This document shows, one piece after another, positions 35,490 to 43,698 of a stretch of 50,247 bases of DNA (position 1 is its first letter; each line of letters opens with the position of its first letter). The DNA comes from Candidatus Parcubacteria bacterium. Lineage in GTDB: Bacteria; Patescibacteriota; Minisyncoccia; Minisyncoccales; PEYH01. The position numbers were made by a program, and so were the translations under genes. The DNA lies in the NCBI GenBank assembly GCA_026395615.1, contig JAPLYH010000051.1, positions 6,318-56,564 of the forward strand, written 5' to 3'. The notes beneath the pieces are model-generated. The model ran no database searches. It saw only the letters and a program-made list of their open reading frames with translations, and had not been told where the DNA came from.

Positions 35490-35682
35490 ACGCAGGCCGA
35501 GCGGGCATGGTTCCCCGCGACAAAGAGGAAGAGCGAGGCAATAAGGTTTCAGGGCAGCTCCCGCAGGTCTGTTTGGCATGGTCCCCGAGCGAAGCGAGGG
35601 GCAAACAGACCGAGGGACGCAGGCTGACAAATCTCGCTGGAGATTTGGACAGCCAGTGACCTGAAATCTTATTGCCGAGCGG
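35490..35682. other. GC-rich multi-branched palindromic intergenic element (REP/MITE-like or structured ncRNA)
   Basis: 17-bp closing stem 35537-35553/35660-35676 enclosing hairpins 35566-35611 and 35622-35654. Confidence 0.7.
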
Positions 35683-35683
35683 C

Positions 35684-36913
35684 TTACTCATAACCCCTCA
35701 ACGCATCTGTTGGTCTCAACTTCGCAGCTTTGCGGGCAGGTAAATATCCTGAAAGACAACCGATTAAAAACGAGAAAAATAATCCAAATATTATCAAAGA
35801 GGCGGGCATATACGCTTCCAGTAAGAAACTTCCGCTTGCTCGGCTATAACCTTCTATAAGCTTGGCAACGATTAAGCCAAAGATTACTCCACCAGCTCCG
35901 CCAATCAAACCTAAAATCCCTGATTCTATAAGAAAAATTGAAATAACAGCGCTATTCTTAGCTCCTACTGCCTTCAAAACACCAATTTCTTTTGTCCTTT
36001 CGCGAACAGAAGTAAACATTGTATTCATAATTCCAAGACCGCCGACTAAAATTGATATACTTGCAAAAAGCATTACGGCTGCTTGAATTACTCCAACAAT
36101 TCCGCCAGCTATATTGCCCATCTTTTCTGATGTAAGAACTGAAAAATCAGAAACATTTTCTCCTCTTTTTCTCTTTCTTACTTCATCCAATGCCTTTTTA
36201 ATTTTAGCTGCTAATTCATCCGGAGAAACTCCTTCTTTTGCTTTCACCATAATCATTAAAGCACTCCCATCTCTCTCCCCTGTCACCTGTTGATAAACAG
36301 GCCTGTCTAAATAAACAGATGTATCATCGCTTTTACTCCCAATAGAGTTCAATATTCCCACCACTCTGAAAGTTCTGCCATTAATAGTGGCCGCATCTCC
36401 TACTCTGATTCTTCTCCCAAAAAAATCTTTCTGCGCTACCAAGCTGCCGAGCAATATTTCTCTTTTTCCTGGAGATGGCCAAGTTCCTTCGGATAAACTC
36501 CATCCCTGAAAAGTGCTCAAAAAATCCTTACCCTCGTCCCAGGGAAAACTTACTAAAAAAATTACTTTTTGCTCATTATTATAACGCATTAGCTGTGATT
36601 TTTGAGAAGTCGGCAACACCACATCAACTCCTTCTACTTTTTTAATCGTCAAGATATCTTCTTCACTCAACATTTGTCCGCCCATAAATGTGGCTATAGG
36701 ATTATCTATTGCTCCAGGCATAACAAGAATAACGTCTCCTCCTAAAGAATTTAATTGTTTAAGAATAGAATTCTTGATTCCACCACTCAAGGAAATAAGA
36801 GTAATAACCAAAAAGATGCCAACTACTATACCAAAAATAGTTAGCCAACTTCTCAGTTTTCTGTTTCTAAGATTTTTAATAGCAAGTTTAAAATATTCTT
36901 TTATTATTGCCAT
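35684..36913 (-). CDS. MacB/FtsX-family ABC transporter permease
   Basis: RSWLTIFGIVVG, GIMNTMFTSVRERTKEIGVLKAVGA. Confidence 0.94.
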   Translation of the reverse strand: MAIIKEYFKLAIKNLRNRKLRSWLTIFGIVVGIFLVITLISLSGGIKNSILKQLNSLGGDVILVMPGAIDNPIATFMGGQMLSEEDILTIKKVEGVDVVLPTSQKSQLMRYNNEQKVIFLVSFPWDEGKDFLSTFQGWSLSEGTWPSPGKREILLGSLVAQKDFFGRRIRVGDAATINGRTFRVVGILNSIGSKSDDTSVYLDRPVYQQVTGERDGSALMIMVKAKEGVSPDELAAKIKKALDEVRKRKRGENVSDFSVLTSEKMGNIAGGIVGVIQAAVMLFASISILVGGLGIMNTMFTSVRERTKEIGVLKAVGAKNSAVISIFLIESGILGLIGGAGGVIFGLIVAKLIEGYSRASGSFLLEAYMPASLIIFGLFFSFLIGCLSGYLPARKAAKLRPTDALRGYE

Positions 36914-37614
36914 AAAATATTTTCAGCTTGTTTATGATTTTGAACTATTTGCCCATCAATTATATTAAAAACTTTCTCGCTGTACTTGGCTATAACAGGA
37001 TCATGGGTAACCACCACAATAGTCCCTTTTTCTTTTTTATGAAATTCAACCAACATATCCATGATTTTCTGGCCTGATTGAGAATCAAGATTTCCTGTTG
37101 GCTCATCAGCAATAACTAATTCAGGATCATTAGCAAAGGCCCTGGCAATAGCCACTCTTTGTCTTTGTCCTCCTGAAAGTTCTGATGGTAGATGATTTAC
37201 CCTATCATTTAACCCGACTAAATCTAAAAGATAAAGCGCCCTTGCCTTTCTTTGCGCTTCGGGCGTTCCTTGAAATACCATTGGAATCATTACATTTTCC
37301 AATGCAGTAAGGTGTTGTAATAAATTAAATTGCTGGAAAATAAAGCCGATTTTCTTGCCTCTCGTTTGGGCAAGCTGATTTTCCGAGAGCAAGGAAGTAT
37401 CTTGGCCATCAAGAAAAATCTTTCCTTTAGTAGGAAAATCAAGACATCCAATCATATTTAAAAGAGTGCTCTTGCCCGAACCACTGGGCCCCATAATTGA
37501 AACAAATGTCTGCGAAAGAATTTCTAGATTAATTCCTCTAACTGCAGGCACTTCTACTTTATCCATCTGGTATGTTTTCCAAACATCTTGAAGGCGGATA
37601 ATTGATTTCTCCAT
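36904..37614 (-). CDS. ABC transporter ATP-binding protein
   Basis: [31 protein letters not shown] at 37614 preferred. Confidence 0.95.
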   Translation of the reverse strand: MEKSIIRLQDVWKTYQMDKVEVPAVRGINLEILSQTFVSIMGPSGSGKSTLLNMIGCLDFPTKGKIFLDGQDTSLLSENQLAQTRGKKIGFIFQQFNLLQHLTALENVMIPMVFQGTPEAQRKARALYLLDLVGLNDRVNHLPSELSGGQRQRVAIARAFANDPELVIADEPTGNLDSQSGQKIMDMLVEFHKKEKGTIVVVTHDPVIAKYSEKVFNIIDGQIVQNHKQAENILWQ

Positions 37615-37618
37615 ATTT

Positions 37619-39232
37619 TTATTCAACAATAACTTTTTCTCCCTCGTTCAACCCTTCAATAACTTCAACTAAATTATTATCTCCCTCAAGTCCGATTCGG
37701 ATTTCTTTTTCTTTTGGTTTGCCATTTTCTAATATTTGTACAAAGGTCTTTTCTCCATCTTTTTGGACTGCATCATCAGAAACAACTAACACATTATTTC
37801 TTGAATCAGTAATAATGGAAATATCTGCTGTCATACCTTGTTTTAAACCTTCTGGCGCTGAATTAAAACTTATTCTTACTTGATAATAAACGACCCCATC
37901 TATTAATTTCTCTGCCGGTTCAATTAAAATTACTTTTCCTTCAAATATCTGTCCCGGAAAAGCAACTAAACTTATTTTCACAAGATCATTATCTTCAATT
38001 TTAACAATATCTTCCTCGTAAATATCAACATCTATCTCAAACTCTTCCGAAGGCAAAACAGAAATTATCGGAACAGTGGCCTGGATGGTTTCCCCTGCCA
38101 ACTTATCAACTGACACAACCGTTCCATCAACAGGACTTCTTAATGAAGCATCATAAATTTGATTCTCTAAAATATCCACGCTGGCTTGCGCACTTCTTAA
38201 TTTTGCTTGATAAAGATTTAAATCTTCTATTCTCGGCTCAGCAACAGTTAAAGCTAAATTATCTTCCGCTGTTTTTAGAGCATCTTTCGCAGTAGCAACA
38301 TTTGCCGTAGCAGTGTCTATGTCAGTTTCATTAGCAAGCTCTACGGAAACAATACTTTGTCGTTCTCCTACAATATTCGTATAAGCAGTATTAATATATT
38401 CTCTTTGCGTATCTAAAGACTCCCTATCTGTAGATGAAACGGTTTTGCGATAACTATCATTTTCTACAATGGTTCTTATTCCTGTTAAATCATCGCGGAT
38501 AACGGCCAAATTCTTCTCAAAATCCCAAATAGCAGAATCTATATTAAATTCAGTAAGATATAAATTAACCGCATCTAAAAATGTTTTCATTTCTCCCACA
38601 ACATCTTCTATTGATTTTTTATATGATTTAACTTCAAGCGAATATTGATCACTATCGCTAAAATATTTACTTTGTATAGATGTTATCGCAGTTAAAGCAT
38701 TATATGCTTTAAGATACGAATCATTGAAAGTATTAAGAGCATCTTCATATGTTTCTTTTAAATCATTATCAGCTGATGATTGAGCATTTGTTAAATCTCT
38801 TTCTTTATTAGCTAAAGTTGTTTTAGCGTTATCTACTGTTGTTTGCGCTACTTGAATTTGTTCTTTACTCGCTCCAGCTATTAATTTATCCAATTCTGCC
38901 TGAGATAGAGCTAAATTCGCCCTCGCCTGCTGGAGTTGAATGTTCAGTTGAGAGTTATCAAGTTTTGCCAATACAGCGCCTTTCACTACCTCGTCCCCTG
39001 CTTTTACAGATATTTTTTCAATTTGGCCTACAGTTTTAAAACTCAAAGGAACAATATCTCCCTTTTTAACTGTTCCGCTTTCTGAAACTTCTTGGATCAC
39101 ATCGCCTTTAGTAACAGTATAAAAATTATAAGTATTGCCTTTTTTAGAAAAAGCGATGATAAGAATAGCAATAATGATAACCGCTATAATTCCAAAAATA
39201 ATAATTGTTTTCTTCTTGAACCTTATTTTCAT
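37619..39232 (-). CDS. Efflux RND/MacA-type membrane fusion protein
   Basis: N-terminal TM, LRSPVDGTV, IYEEDI, GLKQGMTA. Confidence 0.9.
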   Translation of the reverse strand: MKIRFKKKTIIIFGIIAVIIIAILIIAFSKKGNTYNFYTVTKGDVIQEVSESGTVKKGDIVPLSFKTVGQIEKISVKAGDEVVKGAVLAKLDNSQLNIQLQQARANLALSQAELDKLIAGASKEQIQVAQTTVDNAKTTLANKERDLTNAQSSADNDLKETYEDALNTFNDSYLKAYNALTAITSIQSKYFSDSDQYSLEVKSYKKSIEDVVGEMKTFLDAVNLYLTEFNIDSAIWDFEKNLAVIRDDLTGIRTIVENDSYRKTVSSTDRESLDTQREYINTAYTNIVGERQSIVSVELANETDIDTATANVATAKDALKTAEDNLALTVAEPRIEDLNLYQAKLRSAQASVDILENQIYDASLRSPVDGTVVSVDKLAGETIQATVPIISVLPSEEFEIDVDIYEEDIVKIEDNDLVKISLVAFPGQIFEGKVILIEPAEKLIDGVVYYQVRISFNSAPEGLKQGMTADISIITDSRNNVLVVSDDAVQKDGEKTFVQILENGKPKEKEIRIGLEGDNNLVEVIEGLNEGEKVIVE

Positions 39233-39264
39233 AAAAAATAGAGATTAATTTTAAAAAATAAATA

Positions 39265-39340
39265 TGGCAGGCCCGCCGTGAGTTGAACACGGAACCCCCG
39301 CTTTTGGAGAGCGGTGCTCTGCCAATTGAGCTACGGGCCT
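39265..39340 (-). tRNA. tRNA-Trp(CCA), CCA end encoded
   Basis: Acceptor AGGCCCG/CGGGCCT, anticodon arm CCGCT-CTCCAAA-AGCGG. Confidence 0.95.
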
Positions 39341-39363
39341 ATATCTAATATTTAAGTGCTGGA

Positions 39364-39405
39364 TTGGAGATCTCCGCTCTGCCGATTAGAGCTCCGCTCC
39401 TATAT
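39364..39405 (-). repeat. Degenerate duplicate of the 5' half of tRNA-Trp
   Basis: About 33/42 identity to 39304-39344, 60 nt away. Confidence 0.8.
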
Positions 39406-39407
39406 TT

Positions 39408-39656
39408 TTACAATCGACGGGCGCAAACAGCAAAATGAAAAAAATATTTTTCTAATCCATCTAAAGAACCTTTGTATTCACGATTATTAGAAATCGCGTC
39501 TAAAAAAACCTCTCTTGCCCGGCCAATCTCTTTAAGCCGACCTCGCCATCTTAAATCTCCCATGGTTAAATCAAACAAATCCAAGGCGCGAAACAGTTCG
39601 CAAAGGGAAAGTTTCTGCCATCTTCCTTGAGCTAAATTTTGATGTATCATTTCCAT
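39408..39656 (-). CDS. Small hypothetical protein, partner of the DUF5674 gene, possibly internally deleted
   Basis: LAQGRWQKLSL..RALDLFDLT..RWRGRLKEI.RARE pattern. Confidence 0.65.
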   Translation of the reverse strand: MEMIHQNLAQGRWQKLSLCELFRALDLFDLTMGDLRWRGRLKEIGRAREVFLDAISNNREYKGSLDGLEKYFFHFAVCARRL

Positions 39657-39665
39657 AATCCCGTT

Positions 39666-40016
39666 CTATTCAATTATCAATTTATCTACAATGTTTCTAA
39701 TTTTTTCTTTTGTTTCGGAATTTTCCACATCTCGCGAACAGTTATCAAAAGAAGGTTTAATGTTTACCATTGAATCAAATTCAATCCATTCTTCTTTTGT
39801 TTTACCGGGATAAAGGTTAATGCCCCAGGTTTCTCCTCTTTTTGATCCCTCTTCTTCCATAAGCTTGACCTCTTCATCTGAATGAAGTTCTCCGCCTATT
39901 GCCATAATCTCTTGACCCACATCAACCACTGCCTTAACTAAAATCCCAAACCTTTGCTTGGCGACTTCTTCTAACTGCTTTTTATTTATCGGATTCTTAA
40001 CAATCTGTATTTCCAT
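39666..40016 (-). CDS. DUF5674-family protein
   Basis: VKAVVDV, GGELHSDEE, WGINLYP, IEFDSMVNIKP. Confidence 0.8.
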   Translation of the reverse strand: MEIQIVKNPINKKQLEEVAKQRFGILVKAVVDVGQEIMAIGGELHSDEEVKLMEEEGSKRGETWGINLYPGKTKEEWIEFDSMVNIKPSFDNCSRDVENSETKEKIRNIVDKLIIE

Positions 40017-40026
40017 AATAGGAAAA

Positions 40027-40197
40027 CTACTTCTTGGCTTCTTTGTGTATTGTGTGTTTTCGACACTTTACACAAAACTTTTTCAATTCCAACTTTTTCC
40101 CTTCTGTTGTTGCATCGTGGGATTTCCTTGTGTAATAATTAATCTCTTTACACTCATCGCACCTAAGACGTATAATTGGTTTCTTTTTCTTTGCCAT
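40027..40197 (-). CDS. rpmG: 50S ribosomal protein L33 (zinc-binding type)
   Basis: Not in ORF track; [56 protein letters not shown]. Confidence 0.95.
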   Translation of the reverse strand: MAKKKKPIIRLRCDECKEINYYTRKSHDATTEGKKLELKKFCVKCRKHTIHKEAKK

Positions 40198-40243
40198 AAT
40201 TGTCCGCGAAAATAAGTCGCAATATTAATAATTAATTCCCTTG

Positions 40244-40316
40244 AGCCGGGAGCGAGGGTCGAACTCGCGACCTTTCCCTTACCATGGGAATGCTCTGCCA
40301 ACTGAGCTATCCCGGC
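40244..40316 (-). tRNA. tRNA-Thr(GGT)
   Basis: Acceptor GCCGGGA/TCCCGGC, anticodon arm TTCCC-ATGGTAA-GGGAA. Confidence 0.95.
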
Positions 40317-40333
40317 ATTATGATTTATTCATA

Positions 40334-40417
40334 TGGGCAGGGAGGGATTTGAACCCCCGTAGGCCTGAGGCCGCGAGATTTACAGTCTCGTCCATTTGAC
40401 CGCTCTGGCACCTGCCC
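40334..40417 (-). tRNA. tRNA-Tyr(GTA)
   Basis: Acceptor GGGCAGG/CCTGCCC, CGAGA-CTGTAAA-TCTCG, long variable arm. Confidence 0.95.
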
Positions 40418-40481
40418 AGAATAATTATTTATCAATAATTGACTTGAATATTATCATAAACCTTCCTTATTTTCAACATTT

Positions 40482-41186
40482 TTAGCTATTTTTCTTTTTC
40501 CAATCATCTATATCCTTATGATTACCAGAAAGAAGAACTTTTGGCACTTTCCAAAATTTGACTTTTCGAAATTTTGGAGGACAAAATTTACAATTTTTTA
40601 AATATTTTCCAGGTTCTAAAATCTCTGGGCGAGTATATTGAGGATACTCTTTATCCTCCAGCGTAAAACTCTCCTCTTTTAGCGATTCATTTTTTATCAC
40701 TCCCGGTATTAATCTAGAAACCGCGTCAACTACTACCATAGCTGGGATTTCCCCTCCAGTAAGTACATATTCTCCTATTGAAATTTCTTCATCAGCTATA
40801 TATTTCGCCACTCTTTCGTCAACTCCTTCATAGCGTCCACAAATTAATATCACCTGTTCATATTTTTTAGCTAATTCCCGAGCTTTATTTTGATTAAACG
40901 GTTTACCTTTTGCGGAAAATAAAATGATTCTTCTGCCTTTATTATTAATCTTCCTATTAATAATCTTCTTAACTGCCTTAAGAATAATATCCGCTTTTAA
41001 AATCATCCCTGCTCCCCCGCTATATGGTCTACTGTCAACCGTGTGGTGTCTATCTGTGGCAGAATCTCTTAGATTGTGAATATTAATCTTCACCAGCTTT
41101 CTTTTTTGAGCTCGTTTGATGATACTTTCGTTGAAGTATGAGTCAAAAATCTCCGGAAATATTGTTATAATATCAAATCTAATCAT
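40482..41186 (-). CDS. trmD: tRNA (guanine37-N1)-methyltransferase
   Basis: FDIITIFPE, ICGRYEGVDER, SIGEYVLTGGE, YPQYTRP; start taken at MIRFD (41186). Confidence 0.96.
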   Translation of the reverse strand: MIRFDIITIFPEIFDSYFNESIIKRAQKRKLVKINIHNLRDSATDRHHTVDSRPYSGGAGMILKADIILKAVKKIINRKINNKGRRIILFSAKGKPFNQNKARELAKKYEQVILICGRYEGVDERVAKYIADEEISIGEYVLTGGEIPAMVVVDAVSRLIPGVIKNESLKEESFTLEDKEYPQYTRPEILEPGKYLKNCKFCPPKFRKVKFWKVPKVLLSGNHKDIDDWKKKNS

Positions 41187-41251
41187 AGGTTTACCAAAAA
41201 ACCGCACTACCATATGATAGCACGGCTCTTTGTTTTTGAAAACTAAACTAA

Positions 41252-41572
41252 TTAAAGCTTTAAATCGTCAAATTTTGGTTCACTGGTTTTTTCCCGATTC
41301 ATCGGTCTACCTGAACCGCCTTCTGGTTCTTCTATTTTAAGATTGACGCGGGCATGATTCTTTAAACCAATAATGCGAAGCAAGGTTCTGATAGCTCTGA
41401 CTGTAGAGCCCTCTCGGCCGATAATTTGGCCCATATCTTCCTTGTTAAGATTAAGGTTTAATAAAACGCCCATTTCATCAACATTGCGGTCAATCTTGAC
41501 ATCGTTTGGATTGTCTACTAAGGCCTTGACGACAAACTCAAGGAAATCTTTGTCAGGTGTCTTTTCTGCCAT
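41252..41572 (-). CDS. khpA: KH-domain RNA-binding protein
   Basis: DMGQIIGREG..RAIRTLL; sits between rpsP and trmD. Confidence 0.9.
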   Translation of the reverse strand: MAEKTPDKDFLEFVVKALVDNPNDVKIDRNVDEMGVLLNLNLNKEDMGQIIGREGSTVRAIRTLLRIIGLKNHARVNLKIEEPEGGSGRPMNREKTSEPKFDDLKL

Positions 41573-41688
41573 ATTCTTTAAATCTTATTATTTCACTTTC
41601 CGACCTTTCCATTCTATCCTCTGTAAAAACAGAGTTGGGAACTCCTATTATTTTAATTCTTTAAAAAAGAATGTCAAGATTAATATTG

Positions 41689-42129
41689 CTAGACTTGTTC
41701 TTTTTCTGATTCTTTTGGTTCATCACTTCCTAATTCTTGCTTTGGTTGTTCTGGCGCCTCTGGTTTAATTTCTTCCTTCGGAGCTTCTTCCTTTGTGACT
41801 TCCGCCTTCGGAGCTTCAACGCTCGGTTGCTGGACTACCGCTGGTTCCTCTCCTTTTCCCTTTTTAACGCTATGAACCGCTAATTTCACGCCTGTTATTA
41901 TTTTATTCTTTACTAATAGATTGTGTATTGTATCTGATGGTTGTGCCCCTTTAGAAATCCAATATTTTATCCTTTCAGAGTTGAAAATTTTTTCTTTTGT
42001 TTTCGGATCATAAGAACCGAGTTGTTCTATAAACTTTCCGCTCTTTGGAGGACGGGTCTTTTCAGTAACCACTATTTTATATGATGGCTGGTGTAATTTT
42101 CCCCGTCTTAAAAATCGTATTGATAACAT
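41689..42129 (-). CDS. rpsP: 30S ribosomal protein S16 with acidic C-terminal extension
   Basis: IEQLGSYDP, YWISKGAQPSDT. Confidence 0.96.
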   Translation of the reverse strand: MLSIRFLRRGKLHQPSYKIVVTEKTRPPKSGKFIEQLGSYDPKTKEKIFNSERIKYWISKGAQPSDTIHNLLVKNKIITGVKLAVHSVKKGKGEEPAVVQQPSVEAPKAEVTKEEAPKEEIKPEAPEQPKQELGSDEPKESEKEQV

Positions 42130-42162
42130 AAATGAATAAATGATTAATATTCAATAATAAGA

Positions 42163-42840
42163 TTATTTTTTCTGCCAACCCCTTTTTTTAATTCCTGCGC
42201 TGGCAGCGTTTTCTTCCGCTTCCTGCTTTGACATTCCTTCTCCTTGGGCTATTAATTTTTCTCCCAAAAAGACACCTGCAACGAAACTCTCTTTTAAAAC
42301 TTCATAATGGGGTGTTATTTTCTCTTTTTCCTGGGCCATTTCCTGAAATTGGCTCTTATGATCTATAAATTCATGATTGGCCAATATTGACGGTAATTTA
42401 GCGCTTAAATACTTTTCTATGAAGTTTTTACATATTTCATAGCCCTGGTCAAGATATAGGGCGCCAATAAATGCTTCCAAAGTATTTGCCAATATCTCTT
42501 GCCTCGCTTTTCCCCTTTCCTTATGTTCTCCTTTAGATAGCAACAAAAATTCATTAAAATCAAGTTCTTTTGCTGCCTTAGATAATGATTTGCTGTTAAC
42601 CAACGCTGCTCGCCAGCTTGTGAGAGCTCCCTCTCCCTCTTCGGGATAATCTTTATATAATTGTTCGCTTATTACTAACTCCAGAACTGCGTCTCCTAAA
42701 AATTCTAATCGCTCATTGTGCCCCGTGCAGAATTTCGGATTTTCATTTAAATAAGAACGGTGACAAAATGCCTGCGCTAAAAGTTCTTTATCGCGAAAAC
42801 CGATATTTAATTTTTTTTCCAGTTTTGAAAAATCCTCCAT
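42163..42840 (-). CDS. rnc: Ribonuclease III (dsRBD appears to lack the GPxH loop)
   Basis: HRSY, NERLEFLGDAVL, EAFIGALYLD, KSQFQE, SKQEAEENAA. Confidence 0.96.
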   Translation of the reverse strand: MEDFSKLEKKLNIGFRDKELLAQAFCHRSYLNENPKFCTGHNERLEFLGDAVLELVISEQLYKDYPEEGEGALTSWRAALVNSKSLSKAAKELDFNEFLLLSKGEHKERGKARQEILANTLEAFIGALYLDQGYEICKNFIEKYLSAKLPSILANHEFIDHKSQFQEMAQEKEKITPHYEVLKESFVAGVFLGEKLIAQGEGMSKQEAEENAASAGIKKRGWQKK

Positions 42841-42857
42841 CGCTTTTTACTTATTTA

Positions 42858-43283
42858 TTATTCTTTTCCTTCCATTTCTTTATACACGGTACCCAATACT
42901 CCGTTAACGAATTTTCCTGACGATTCACCTCCGAACATTTTTGCTAATTCAATCGCCTCATTGATTGCTACCTTAGGTGGAACCTCTTCTTTACTAGAAT
43001 AAATTAATTCATAAAGCCCTATTCTTAAAACATTTCTATCCACTATATTTATTTGTTCAATCGGCCACTCTGGCGCCGCTTTTTCAATAATCTTATCTAT
43101 CTTATCCATATTATCAGATACACCAAGAGCTAATTTACGAGCAAATTCAGTATCTTCTAAGCCAGGCCCGAACTCTTTAATATTTCTTTCTAAAACCTCG
43201 GGAAGATTTACTTTATCACCCATAAAGTCCTTCTCATACAATGATTGCATCGCTATACTTCTTGAAAGATGTCTGCTTCCCAT
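42858..43283 (-). CDS. nusB: Transcription antitermination factor NusB
   Basis: [24 protein letters not shown]. Confidence 0.97.
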   Translation of the reverse strand: MGSRHLSRSIAMQSLYEKDFMGDKVNLPEVLERNIKEFGPGLEDTEFARKLALGVSDNMDKIDKIIEKAAPEWPIEQINIVDRNVLRIGLYELIYSSKEEVPPKVAINEAIELAKMFGGESSGKFVNGVLGTVYKEMEGKE

Positions 43284-43298
43284 TTTATTGAAAATTTA

Positions 43299-43574
43299 CT
43301 ACTTGCTTAATGATTCCATTGTTAATGGTTTATCTTGAGCTTTTTTATCTTCCTTCATTTCTTTCTCTTTCTTCTTACGTTCTTTCTTGTCTAATTTTTT
43401 CAACACATCAACCACCATTCTTCCTTTATAATAACCGCAATTCTTGCATAATGTATGGCGAGCTACTGACTTTCCACATTTGGGACAAATACTCAAACTC
43501 GGCTGCTCTAAAAATATATGCTGTCTTCTTTGGTTTTTACTTGATTTAGTTGTTTTATGCCTAGGTACTCCCAT
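43299..43574 (-). CDS. rpmF: 50S ribosomal protein L32
   Basis: MGVP, CPKCG..HTLCKNCGYYKGR. Confidence 0.96.
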   Translation of the reverse strand: MGVPRHKTTKSSKNQRRQHIFLEQPSLSICPKCGKSVARHTLCKNCGYYKGRMVVDVLKKLDKKERKKKEKEMKEDKKAQDKPLTMESLSK

Positions 43575-43698
43575 ATTACTTTGTTCGTTTTAAACGAGTT
43601 TAATAAATTAAAAGTGGATAAAAAAAGAAAACGCCTATAAACCACTACTATGTTATTAGCAGATAACTTAAAAAAAAGCAAGAAAAATTAATACAATT

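Noticed and set aside
35490..35682. RNase P RNA, SRP RNA or tmRNA; also the 67-aa ORF 35488..35691
   Set aside because: No GAGGAAAGTCC, SRP helix-8 or tRNA-like end motifs; the ORF is a by-product of GC-rich palindromic sequence
40083..40301. 72-aa ORF
   Set aside because: It overlaps tRNA-Thr and lies out of frame with the real rpmG gene
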